A stretch of 64,000 nt of DNA, taken from NCBI GenBank assembly GCA_034189385.1, contig JAXHVD010000015.1:58497-122496 (forward strand), in the 5' to 3' direction. Below the pieces are notes generated by a model that made no database searches, was not told where the DNA came from, and saw only the letters and a list, made by a program, of their open reading frames with translations. Numbering within the stretch: the first letter of the stretch is position 1; the number at the start of each line of letters is the position of its first letter. The position numbers and the translations under genes were made by a program. Positions 31,509 to 41,299 of the stretch are shown here, one piece after another. The DNA is from Thermodesulfobacteriota bacterium. GTDB taxonomy: Bacteria; Desulfobacterota; Desulfobacteria; Desulfobacterales; C00003060.

Positions 31509-31511
31509 ACG
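31473..31511 (+). promoter_or_regulatory. Candidate bacterial SECIS element
   Basis: Stem GTC-GCCACCG / CGGTGGT-A-GAC beginning 12 nt after TGA; apical loop GTCTT starts 22 nt after the TGA. Confidence 0.5.
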
Positions 31512-31607
31512 AGGCAGGCTCCAGACAATTGCTGCAATTTAGGACCTATTTACCATTGAAGCGGCTGGCTCCAGCGCGTCTCTCGTGGCAGGGGCTGTTT
31601 ATTTCCG

Positions 31608-31664
31608 ATAATCGTCGACTATCTTTGTTTTTTGACGAACGGTTTTCGGCGTGGTCTTGGCAAG
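31608..31664. repeat. 57-bp intergenic element, copy A
   Basis: Ungapped 48/57 identity with 34804-34860 (manual alignment). Confidence 0.75.
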
Positions 31665-32101
31665 AACTGACACATCGGATTGGACCGGTTCTGAGGTGCC
31701 ATCTGAGCACGTGATCCAACCTCGCTTGGGTAGTCCTCCCCGGGTAGCTCAGTTGGAAATATACGAATCCTTCTCGGCCATGATACCCTCAATATGTTGA
31801 AAACCATTAACCGTTCTCTTATACGGGACCTGTCCGTTTCGTACCAAGTCAACCTCCTTTTGGTTTAGGTATTCCCTTGCCCAAAGTAGGTAGTTCTGTG
31901 TGTCAGAAACAGTATTTTTCCAATCAAAAAATCAGGCATTTCCCATCGTTAATCCCACAATCGCCCCGATTGACTTATGGCGGCGTATAGGCCACAAGGG
32001 AAAAGGGGGAATGGGCGCATCTATAGGACGTGGTACTTTTCTCTGTAAAACGAAGCTTCACCCGGAAACTTTGTATCCGGCGTGATAGGGGAGATTTAAC
32101 C

Positions 32102-34081
32102 ATGTTGAAAAAACTGATATTTCTAGCGGCGATCATATCTATCATGCCAGTGGCTCAGTTAGTCTTGGCACAACCCTTTGGCTTCTTTGGAATGCGAAGT
32201 GCGCTTAAAAATAATTACCTTGAAGATGTCGGCGCGTCCTTCCTGCGGATGAATGTCTCGATGCAATACATCTTTTCTGCAGACTTTTCTAACCCAGACT
32301 ATGACCCATACGAAGACGTCTGGGACTACAAGGCGGTGTATGATGATTTGACCACCCAAGCCTATGGAAGAGGTGCTCAGATGGTCGTGACCCTCAGAAG
32401 TCCTACCAACATGGAAAGGATAAGAGCCAATTACTTCCGAGATTTTATCGTGAGAACCGTGGAGAGATATGATGGCGATTCCAACTATGGTTGCACACAA
32501 GCTTATCCGGACTGCTACAAGCCGGGGGACGAGATGCACCCAACATGGGATGAGAGTGGATTGCCGGCCCCTGCCGTCAAGTTCTGGCAAATAGCGAATG
32601 AGGTCGACAGGGCCAGGGGATACTGGGTGGAAAATCCTCAAGATTATGCGGAATTGGTTAACCTATTCTATTCGTTGATAAAGGAGACATGTCCGGAGTG
32701 TAAGGTTTTGTTGGGAAGTCTATTGCTGGAGGACATCAATCCCCCACTCACATTCTATGACGATTTTTTTCAGCAGTGCGATCATTTCGATATTCTGGAT
32801 TTTCACCATTTGGACTTTGACCGGATGGGTGAAGACCACCTCGAACTAGCTTCGGAAAAATTTGCTTTTCTGAGAAACCGGTATCCCTCTCGACCCATTT
32901 GGATGACCGAGACATCTACCTACACTGGCTCCCCACTATTGCCCGATGGAAGCGCAGAGTTGCCTTACCAGGATGAGCGTACCCAGGCTTTGGAACTCTT
33001 TAAGAGATACATCCATCTGCCCTCATTGGGCGTGGAGAGAATCCTTTGGAACTTCCTGTCTGAAAGGAAAGCGGAAGATGGCGTCGATTATAATGTTTTC
33101 TGGAATACAGGTTTAGTATATGACGGAGAGGGCCAAGACGACATGGGGCTAGGGGTCAAAAAACTGTCGTACTTCACGTACAAGTTACTGGTGGAAAAGC
33201 TGGGTGATGCAGATTGGCATAACATCACTGCTACAACTAATGGAGAGAATGTGTCCCAATACCTATTCACCAAGGACGGGGCGCCTGTATATGTCCTCTG
33301 GTACCATGGGTTCACCGATACGGAAGTGCCAAAACAAGTCACGTTAGATGTTAGCTGCATAAGAACGGGGCTGGTCACGATTACCGAAGCAATTCCGAGC
33401 TTTGATTCAGGAGAAGAAGCCAACACCGTCCCGTTTGAAGAAGCTTTTGAGGCCTACACGTTACCCATTACTAACGGCGCGGTAGTGATTGCTTTGGGCA
33501 GAGAACCTGTCTTCATTGAAGAATGCAGGCAATGCGTTTGTGACCTGAACTATGACGGTATATGCGACGAAGAAGATTTGATCATCTTCAGCCATAGCCA
33601 CGGCTGGGGTGATTCGGACTGCGATGAGCCCGGAGTGGAATGCCCATGCGACCTGGTGAAGGACGAAAATGGCACCTGCGATGATCTGGATGGAAATGTC
33701 TTCCTAGAGGCATACTCCAGACCTGAATGCCGACTTGGCGTTTACATTGAAAAACTAAAACCCAAACCATGTGTGCCTGGCGATAAAATACGTATCATTG
33801 GAAACGCTTTTGGAAGCGGTATTTCGGGAGAAGGAACGCCTGCTGAGACTAAGAGCATCGTCCATGTGGGCGGGAAACAATTCGAATATGGTCATCCAAA
33901 AATCAAGCTATGGACTGAGAACAAAATCAAGGTAAAGATCCCGAAAGACAAGTACACGAAGAACTCATGCGCATGGTTCAATGGGGAGGACTTCCGAAAA
34001 GTGAAGGTATGGGTCACAGTCGGCGGCCTAAACAGTAACAAGGAGATTCTTAAAGTAATGAGGCCTGTGACTTGTCCGTAG
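32102..34081 (+). CDS. Secreted clan GH-A glycoside hydrolase-like protein with dockerin/EF-hand-like repeats and a C-terminal IPT/TIG-like domain
   Basis: Signal peptide; WQIANEVD (acid/base) and IWMTETS (nucleophile); CDLNYDGICDEEDL and CDLVKDENGTCDDLD; PGDKIRIIGNAFG...WTENKIKVKIP. Confidence 0.7.
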   Translation: MLKKLIFLAAIISIMPVAQLVLAQPFGFFGMRSALKNNYLEDVGASFLRMNVSMQYIFSADFSNPDYDPYEDVWDYKAVYDDLTTQAYGRGAQMVVTLRSPTNMERIRANYFRDFIVRTVERYDGDSNYGCTQAYPDCYKPGDEMHPTWDESGLPAPAVKFWQIANEVDRARGYWVENPQDYAELVNLFYSLIKETCPECKVLLGSLLLEDINPPLTFYDDFFQQCDHFDILDFHHLDFDRMGEDHLELASEKFAFLRNRYPSRPIWMTETSTYTGSPLLPDGSAELPYQDERTQALELFKRYIHLPSLGVERILWNFLSERKAEDGVDYNVFWNTGLVYDGEGQDDMGLGVKKLSYFTYKLLVEKLGDADWHNITATTNGENVSQYLFTKDGAPVYVLWYHGFTDTEVPKQVTLDVSCIRTGLVTITEAIPSFDSGEEANTVPFEEAFEAYTLPITNGAVVIALGREPVFIEECRQCVCDLNYDGICDEEDLIIFSHSHGWGDSDCDEPGVECPCDLVKDENGTCDDLDGNVFLEAYSRPECRLGVYIEKLKPKPCVPGDKIRIIGNAFGSGISGEGTPAETKSIVHVGGKQFEYGHPKIKLWTENKIKVKIPKDKYTKNSCAWFNGEDFRKVKVWVTVGGLNSNKEILKVMRPVTCP

Positions 34082-34507
34082 TTCGTAGGTTAAGACTTAT
34101 CAAATAGAGGCAGGCCTTCATGGCCTGCCTTTCCTTTTGGCACCCGGCCCAACATGATGTGCATGTACCATCGACGGGTCCTCGGTGAAATAGTGGCGGT
34201 TGATCCTGCATATGTAAAGCACTTGTTTGATTCCGCCGATTGGCAATCTTGCTATGCAAGGTAACCTACTGGAAGTTCGCTATTTTTCGAGTATTCAGAA
34301 CCAATCTGCACTCCGCTCTTCTTGTGAATCTTCCCAATAGCGTCGTCTTGCCCCCGCTTTCATGGAAAGGCCTGCCAAAGGGCTCCGGGAGCTTGATATA
34401 GCTTGTGGTATGCATTACAAATCCGCAGTAAAGAATCCTGGCCCGAAGGACCAGGCGTTGATTTGCCCCTGAAAGGGGCTGTTTTCTGAATACTGGACAA
34501 GTTCAAA

Positions 34508-34628
34508 GTGCCTGAAGTGAGCTAAAGTGCCTAAACTTGGGGAAGTCGCTTCGCTCCATTCTTTTATATAATTGGCAGAATTCCTTAACTTTAGCGCACT
34601 TTAGTGCACTTAAAACTTTAGGCACTAT
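34508..34628. repeat. Palindromic element with inverted arms of about 10-nt repeats
   Basis: Left arm AGTGCCTGAAGTGAGCTAAAGTGCCTAAA, right arm TTTAGCGCACTTTAGTGCAC...TTTAGGCACT; related units at 54756-54834. Confidence 0.6.
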
Positions 34629-34803
34629 TAACGATACTTGGCAAAGCCAGTTTACTCTGACCTGGGCCAAACGACCAGGTTTTCTGGGACGAAATAAAAT
34701 CATTTGCTTGATTACACTTAGACTGGTAGCCAATCACATATCGGGCTAGACCGTTTCCGCCGTGTTCTCTGGGCAGGTAATCTGTGTTCTGCCCTAAACT
34801 GGA

Positions 34804-34860
34804 ATAGTCGTCGATTATCTTTGTTTTTGGACGGACCGTTTTCGTTGGGGTATTGGCAAG
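34804..34860. repeat. 57-bp intergenic element, copy B
   Basis: Ungapped 48/57 identity with 31608-31664. Confidence 0.75.
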
Positions 34861-35157
34861 GAATCAGTGATTTCCATCCGTGGGATTCAAGCACAATATG
34901 TTGAACCAATCCACCTTCCGGTCGCTGTATCTCTCACGAGCCGTCGAAGGGTCGAATCGAACCAATGAGAAAGCCTGCCCGATATCACATGACACCAGGA
35001 AACTTCCATGAGGAGTGAAGTGCTCAAAGGCCCAACAAGAAAGGAGAAAAAAGGCCGTCCGAGGGAATCCCACGTCGCTTTTTTGTGAAGGCCATCGCCA
35101 CTGGCTTTGAGGAAAAACAAACCCACGGAACAACCCAGACGCATTGAGGAGGCACCT

Positions 35158-36246
35158 ATGAAACGGATCGGGAATAAAGTAATCGTTATCACATTTACCT
35201 TGGCCCTATTGTTGGCCATGTATCCTGCATCTAGGGCAAGCGAGCCTGAATGTCCCTGTTTGTGGTCCTTCTTCACTCAGAGCTTGCACTTCACCGGCAA
35301 TGGGATGCGTTACTGGTACGAAGAGCCAAACGGATTCATGAGCATAACCAACATCCCGTATAACGACTTGGACTGTAAGAGCTGCCACGTCAAGAGCTGT
35401 GATGCGTGTCATGCCATCCAAGAGGGGCCCGCGATGCAGTTTTCGGAAAAGAAGACCAGAGACATGAACACCTGCCTGCAATGCCATAGCCGGGAAGCAC
35501 TCACCTTCAAATTTTGTAAAGCGGCCGGCAATCTGGATGTTCACATTGCATCGGGATTTGTTTGCGCTGATTGTCATTACCAATGCGACGTTCATGGCGA
35601 CGGCCGCTTCAAGCCTTCCATGAGACATCCCTTTCCCAAGGGTGTTTGTGCTTCTTGTAAAGGATGCCATGTTGATCAAAAGACAGAGTCTCCGCTCTTC
35701 GACCCGGATACGCCCAGCCATGGTGTTCACGGAGACAAACTCCATTGTTCTGCCTGTCATGTTAATTACACCATGGCCTGCTATAATTGCCACTTCGATT
35801 CGGCACTCAAGACAGGAAAAAAAGGGAACTTCATCCCTATGAACGATTGGTTGTTATTGATCAACTATGATGGGCAGGTGACCTCGGGAAGCGCTATGAC
35901 ACTTGTCTATCAAAACAAGAAGTTCATTGCCTATTGTCCCTATTTCACACACTGCATAACAGCCCAGGGGCGATCGTGCAGCCAATGTCATCAGAACAAG
36001 GCTGTGCGTGAGATGGCGAAGGGCAATACAATCCCTGTGGTCGATTTCAAAGATGGGAAGATTGTCCCATGGAAAGGGGTCGTTCCAGTTGTCCCCGATA
36101 AGCTGCAGTGGGTGTACCTAAACAAGATAGGTGAAAAAAAATGGGTGCCTGTCAAAGATGGCAAAGAGGCCAAGGTACAATTTGCGGCATATGGCAAACC
36201 GCTGACCAAGGAGCAGTTCGAGAAATTAGCCATGGATGTGAAGTAA
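35158..36246 (+). CDS. Exported octaheme cytochrome c
   Basis: 8 CxxCH motifs counted; signal peptide; GAGGAGG RBS. Confidence 0.88.
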   Translation: MKRIGNKVIVITFTLALLLAMYPASRASEPECPCLWSFFTQSLHFTGNGMRYWYEEPNGFMSITNIPYNDLDCKSCHVKSCDACHAIQEGPAMQFSEKKTRDMNTCLQCHSREALTFKFCKAAGNLDVHIASGFVCADCHYQCDVHGDGRFKPSMRHPFPKGVCASCKGCHVDQKTESPLFDPDTPSHGVHGDKLHCSACHVNYTMACYNCHFDSALKTGKKGNFIPMNDWLLLINYDGQVTSGSAMTLVYQNKKFIAYCPYFTHCITAQGRSCSQCHQNKAVREMAKGNTIPVVDFKDGKIVPWKGVVPVVPDKLQWVYLNKIGEKKWVPVKDGKEAKVQFAAYGKPLTKEQFEKLAMDVK

Positions 36247-37007
36247 GACAAAAAGGTCCCGTTTAGGGGACCAGACCGGTTCTGGTTGTCACGCCTATGA
36301 CAAGACAGCCGGGATAACGGTGCACGTGCGGTGCAAAATACCGGGGCTAGATCTTAAAGCACAGGTGTCAGTCCTGCCTCTCTTATTGAAAGTGCTCCCA
36401 CATGTCGTATGTCGGCCACAGAGGCAACACTGGTGCAGTATTTACGTATACCTGCTATCGATCTTGATTTTCGCTATTTTAGAGATTTTGCCCGACTACA
36501 CGTTTTTTCCAAGACCAGCCGAAATGCGAGATTGTGCGATGCATAAGCAATTATTTGAAAGGCCTGAAGTTTCTCGTATTCTGGACAAATCTAGGATGGG
36601 AGTCTCTGATTCCAGCGGGTGTCTTGCGGCAAGCTATCCAATTTCCTCTGTCGAGCTGTCATTTTGATAGGATAGCTCCGGTGCAGGACTTGCACAGGAA
36701 GGTATGGGTGCTTGTTATGGTCTGTCGTCTTCTCGGTCCTTTTGACCTTTTCAATTGCGCCCTTTAATGAGAGCGGATCCAAGTTCCAACTTACCCTTTC
36801 AGACAGCATGAGAGGCGGCTTCATCTCTAGCCGGTGCAGCCACTAATTTCCTGATATCTTTTGTAATAGTCAATCCCTACGAAGTCCCAACGATCCCCCT
36901 TGATGCTGTTTGCTGGCTTCCCACACCTTGTTGCTGTGAAAAATCCATTTTGGGTTTTTGCTCCATCGCGGCTACCGGTTGTTTCTAAACAGGTCTGTTA
37001 AGAGCTT

Positions 37008-37023
37008 CGGCATGCTTTGTGCT
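37008..37023 (+). promoter_or_regulatory. Putative sigma54 promoter upstream of the TusA-like gene
   Basis: CGGCATGCTTTGTGCT = GG-N10-GC. Confidence 0.45.
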
Positions 37024-37223
37024 AGTATGTTTATTACGTGGCAGAAGTCTGGAGCCGGTGGCAAGACGTGCCCTCACCGCACCTACACTAAATCCTAGGA
37101 TGAGACACCGACCTCGGCTCCGGTGCTGCCGCACCTTCTGGTGCTTTAGGTCCAGGTCTTAGACTTGACCCGCGCCCGATCGTCTGATGAAGGGTTTGTT
37201 TTATCAATTGAAGTGGGGTGACT

Positions 37224-37448
37224 ATGGCAATAGAAATGCTAGACACCCTGGGTGATAAGTGCCCTGAGCCGATTTTAAAGCTTACTCTAAAGGCCGTGGA
37301 CATGAAACAGGGTGATATTTTGGAGGTCTTGGGAGACTCGCGTACTTTTGAGGAGCATGTGCGCATCTGGTGTGAGCGGCTGGGCAAGGTCTTGCTTTCT
37401 GTAAAGGATCAAGGGCAAAAAAAGAAGAGGATCCAGATACAGTTCTAG
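37224..37448 (+). CDS. tusA: TusA/SirA-family sulfur carrier protein
   Basis: LDTLGDKCPEPIL, GDILEVLGD. Confidence 0.85.
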   Translation: MAIEMLDTLGDKCPEPILKLTLKAVDMKQGDILEVLGDSRTFEEHVRIWCERLGKVLLSVKDQGQKKKRIQIQF

Positions 37449-37597
37449 TAGGCAAGACCAAGGGATTGAGGTTGCTTTCCCAAATCGCGGAACCCTGTAA
37501 CTCTGCGGTTTCTGCCTAGATGTTGACAGCCCCCAAAAGGTTCAACTACTAAATCTCTATGATGTAAATCACACCTGGCGTATGGTTTCGATGAATA

Positions 37598-37836
37598 TTG
37601 AACCGAATAAGCGAGCGCATTCTCCACAGGAGAGCTACCGCAGCCCCCGCAGGTTCTGCGTGACGGCAGTGGTTCTGCTCGTTGGCAGTGCTAGCGCGGC
37701 GCAGGCGGCGGGGTTAGCGAGTGTATAGTTAAAATGACAACATCCTTGCGGTGCTGCGGAGCTCTCGCGTCAGGGAGAACATTCTCCGTGGGTTCTGCCT
37801 GACGGCAGTGCTTCGCAGCCCGCGGGGAGGGTTCAA
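37598..37836. mobile_element. Non-autonomous palindromic repeat/MITE-like element, copy 2
   Basis: Same sequence as 18602-18797 with two extra copies of a roughly 19-nt hairpin unit. Confidence 0.75.
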
Positions 37837-37875
37837 TCAGTATAGGCTGTTTTGAAACGTATCTACACCAAAAGG

Positions 37876-38248
37876 AGAAACCTCTTTCAACTCCTTTACC
37901 ACATCGGATGGACTGGCCTTCACTCTCCTCAGCTTCGCCGGACAGGAAAAATCAACAATCCTGTACGATTCTGCCAATTGTGTCCGTCTTTTCGCAAATC
38001 ACGTCAAGGTCTTCCCTTTGGTCGTTTGGCAGACTAAGGCGCTCCAGTGAATGGAGTCGCATTGTGATGGATACGAGGCAACTGCGAACGCTCTGGGACA
38101 GGGCCGAGGCCAATTCTCCAGCAGCTGCCACCTGCGCAAGCCCTGAGCCATCTCGAAGTTGGTCCTTTTCAAGCCCGCCTGCCTCGAATGCCGGGGGGCG
38201 TCGCTCCAAATGGCCTGTTTTGTCTTCCCACTGCCCCATCTTGTCCAT
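37876..38248 (-). pseudogene. Degenerate histidine kinase dimerization-domain fragment
   Basis: LAQVAAAGELASALSQSVRSCL...IGRIVQD, then after a frameshift DFSCPAKL...SPSDVV; H-box His lost, no ATPase domain. Confidence 0.45.
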
Positions 38249-38395
38249 GTAGGTTCATTTGTCCTTGTACCAGGTTCTTTCTGTCCCTCTAAAAGTGAGT
38301 GGCCCTTGTGCTAGCAACAGAGTACCATTTCTCGCTTCAACCATGAGTTCAAAAGGGCCGATGTGCCCTGTGCACAGGGCAATCTAGGGGCCTTT

Positions 38396-38833
38396 CTAGA
38401 TGAAGGTCAGATCGTGCGGACCTAGGGCCCTTCTATCTATGAATTCGTAGTCCGTCACAGTACTCTTGAAACGGATTTCGTTGTCATTAAGGATATCGAA
38501 TCGATAGACATCCGGCTCTTTCATGACAGACGGAGCGATTTCGAAAAACCTGTCACCGTCTATCCACCATTTCCCTCTTAGTCCTGACCTGCGCACCCCC
38601 TTGTCAGTGTAGTGAACAAATGTAATGGCATAGGTGCCATCTTCTGAACGTCTTTGTATCCATGTGCGCAACAGATTCCCCTCGTGGTCCAGATGCTCAC
38701 CCTCCCAGGTGCCCACGAATATGTGCTTCACGTCGTCCGAGACGTCCCCCTCAAAGGTGCCATGGTAAGCCCCGCATCCTGCCTGGAGTATGGACAGACA
38801 GATCAGAAACAGAGGTATTCTCAGTTCCATCAT
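38396..38833 (-). CDS. Hypothetical lipoprotein (lipocalin-like beta protein)
   Basis: Lipobox-like LQAGC; FVGTW motif. Confidence 0.6.
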   Translation of the reverse strand: MMELRIPLFLICLSILQAGCGAYHGTFEGDVSDDVKHIFVGTWEGEHLDHEGNLLRTWIQRRSEDGTYAITFVHYTDKGVRRSGLRGKWWIDGDRFFEIAPSVMKEPDVYRFDILNDNEIRFKSTVTDYEFIDRRALGPHDLTFI

Positions 38834-39116
38834 GCTTTTCCCTTTCCTTAGGTATGATGAAGACTTGGAGCCCGAACCGCGCCACCGCCCATCAACAGCA
38901 TAGGTGTGAGCATATCAATGACACAGCCAAATGTGAAGAGGTCTTTCCCACAGGGCCCTTCATGGCTTTTGCCCCTTGGCGGCAGCCTGTTCTGGACAGG
39001 GGTCCCATGGCCTCTGCACACGCTCTTGCCTGAAAAGAAAGTCGCCCAACTTCATGGGAAAAGTTGACAAGCTTGCCTGAATTCATTAAAAATACACCAA
39101 TATACCCAGAACCGGC

Positions 39117-40490
39117 ATGATGACAGATAAGACGGACATACTTGGCACATTCGACATAGGGAAATCGGTCTCTAAGACTGTCTTGGAGCTGTTTGACAGC
39201 ATGCTTTCCATGGAGGTCGAAGTCTCCGATTCATGCTCAGACCCCGGCCTTGAGGGGAACCGGTTTGTGGGAGCGGTCAGTTATGCCGGCGGCGTGACCG
39301 GTGTTGTCAGCATTCACGTGAGTAACGTCTTCTCGCGCCTGATGACGGCTTCCATGCTCGGCATTGAGCTGGATGAGATTGAGGATGAAGAGCAAGTCAA
39401 GGACGTCATTGGTGAAGTCTGCAATATCGTCGGCGGAAACCTAAAGACCGATCTCATTGATGCCGGCCTGTCTTTTGTCATGTCCACGCCCACCATCACC
39501 ATAGGAAACGACTTCAGAATTGGTGGCCTTAAACTTGGCGAGCCTCAGCAGTTCATCTTCAGGCACCTGGACCATGACCTGTTAGTCGAGCTATGCATGA
39601 GAGTTGAAAGTGCCACTGGAGAGGCAGAGCAAGTTTACAAAACAGAAGAGCTGTCGAGTGAGGAGATTGTTGAAAAGATCAGTTCAGTGGATGTGACGGC
39701 AGCCATCGTCAATTCTGTGATTGACGTTTTTCACACCATGCTTTCCATGGAGGTGAAGCGTTTGACAGAAATACCTGAATCGGCCCTGGAAGGGCCAAGG
39801 ACGGTGGGAACGGTGAGTTTTGTCGGGGATCTGGATGGCATTTTCAACCTCCATGTGAGTGATGATTTTGCCACAATTATGAGCGCGGCCATGCTCGATG
39901 TTGAGCCGGATCAAGTGGGGGGTGACGAGGAAGTCCACGATGTCATACGTGAAATCAGCAATATGATTGGTGGCAACCTCAAATCGAAATTCGGTGATGC
40001 AGGCCTGGCCTGCGCCCTCTCAACACCGTCCATTACAAATGGCACAGACTTCACAATTGAGCCTTTTACATATGCCATCCCCGAACGCTTTTTTTTCCAA
40101 TGCCAGGGATACACCTTTATCGCAGAGGCTGGTGTAAAAGGGGAAACGGCCACTGCTGTCAGCACCGCAATGCCCTCCATAGCGGGAGAAATGTCAGAAC
40201 CCAGTGGTGCAGACATGGGCTTCGAGGCTCTCGGGAATTTGAAGTTCATATGTGACATCCCCCTTGAGATCACGGTAGAGCTGGGCCGAACAAAAAAGAA
40301 GATCAATGAATTGTTGAAACTTGGTCAGGGATCGGTGGTTGAACTTGAAGAACTCGTGGGGGAGCCCGTGGATGTATTGGCGAATCGAACCTTGGTCGCT
40401 AGGGGGGAAGTAGTGGTTGAAGATGAGAAATACGGCATCCGCATCACTCAGATTGTTGGCCCTAAGCAACGCTTGGAAAGCCTGAAGTAA
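39117..40490 (+). CDS. CheX-CheX-FliN fusion (FliY-like switch/phosphatase protein)
   Basis: Two repeats with ExxN motifs (GEVCNIVGGN, REISNMIGGN); C-terminal DIPLEITVELGRT...GEVVVEDEKYGIRI SpoA/FliN domain. Confidence 0.85.
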   Translation: MMTDKTDILGTFDIGKSVSKTVLELFDSMLSMEVEVSDSCSDPGLEGNRFVGAVSYAGGVTGVVSIHVSNVFSRLMTASMLGIELDEIEDEEQVKDVIGEVCNIVGGNLKTDLIDAGLSFVMSTPTITIGNDFRIGGLKLGEPQQFIFRHLDHDLLVELCMRVESATGEAEQVYKTEELSSEEIVEKISSVDVTAAIVNSVIDVFHTMLSMEVKRLTEIPESALEGPRTVGTVSFVGDLDGIFNLHVSDDFATIMSAAMLDVEPDQVGGDEEVHDVIREISNMIGGNLKSKFGDAGLACALSTPSITNGTDFTIEPFTYAIPERFFFQCQGYTFIAEAGVKGETATAVSTAMPSIAGEMSEPSGADMGFEALGNLKFICDIPLEITVELGRTKKKINELLKLGQGSVVELEELVGEPVDVLANRTLVARGEVVVEDEKYGIRITQIVGPKQRLESLK

Positions 40491-40554
40491 TTGTTGCTTT
40501 CATGCCAATCGATTCCAGCGTAACTTTTCTTGAAGACATCTCCTACATCCACTA

Positions 40555-40757
40555 TGAGATCTTTGCAGAACCCCTTCTCACTGGGTTCTGTGAGCTTTTT
40601 GACCCATCTGGGGCCTTGCTCGCTAAATCGCAAAAACTCGGCTTTATGGCCTCAAACAGTTCGCGATTTGCCCACTCTCGTGGGCCACTCACTGCAGCCC
40701 GATGGGTGCCCCCAAAAGCCCACAATGGTCGTTCAAAGGCGTTTCTCAAAGGTCTCA
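40555..40757. mobile_element. MITE-like element with imperfect terminal inverted repeats
   Basis: TGAGATCTTTGCAGAA ... TTTCTCAAAGGTCTCA; internal hairpin AAATCGC...GCGATTT; no credible ORF. Confidence 0.55.
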
Positions 40758-40861
40758 CTCTTTTTCATTGGTTCCATGGCACGATTGCCTATGGACATGT
40801 ATACAGATTGTGTACCCACCCATGTTTTAGACATTAGCCTTCAACAGAAAAGGAAGTGCCC

Positions 40862-41299
40862 ATGTTAGACAAGATGAAGGCCCTGGTCCGGGAAAAAGAC
40901 ACCTGTGTGTTGGCAACAGTATCTGACAATAGACCTCACTGCTCCCTTATGGCCTATGCTACAAACACCGAGGGCACGGAGATCTACATGGTCACACATA
41001 AAAAAACGAAGAAATATAGAAATTTGACTGAAAACCCATGGGTGAGTCTTCTTATCGACACCAGGGACACAGACATGTCTTCACAGCGACTGGCGACAAA
41101 GGCCCTCACCGTAACCGGCGTATGTGAGACCGTTCAGGACAGGGAAAGAAAAGAAAAGATCCGCGCCAATCTCTTGAAAAGACATCCCCACCTGGAGGTA
41201 TTTGCAGCAGACCCGGACGCCGGGGTGCTCCTTATTAAGATAGAGTCCTTCTTGTTGTTGGACGGGCCTACGGAGGCCCATTTTGAGAGCCTTGGCTGA
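40862..41299 (+). CDS. Pyridoxamine 5'-phosphate oxidase family (flavin-binding split barrel) protein
   Basis: CVLATVSDNRPHCSLMAY, TKKYRNLTENPWVSLLID. Confidence 0.85.
   Translation: MLDKMKALVREKDTCVLATVSDNRPHCSLMAYATNTEGTEIYMVTHKKTKKYRNLTENPWVSLLIDTRDTDMSSQRLATKALTVTGVCETVQDRERKEKIRANLLKRHPHLEVFAADPDAGVLLIKIESFLLLDGPTEAHFESLG

Noticed and set aside
31741..31756. CGGGTAGCTCAGTTGG, identical to nt 4-19 of the tRNA-Val in this window
   Set aside because: No anticodon arm, T arm or acceptor stem follows, and att duplications normally involve the tRNA 3' end; likely chance or part of a local hairpin.
36320..36900. Short ORFs between the octaheme cytochrome and the TusA-like gene
   Set aside because: No RBS or recognisable domain; treated as non-coding or decayed sequence.
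37952..37954. C-TGA at the end of the 98-aa ORF as a second selenocysteine candidate
   Set aside because: The kinase-like similarity continues in a different frame (frameshift) and no SECIS-like hairpin is evident.
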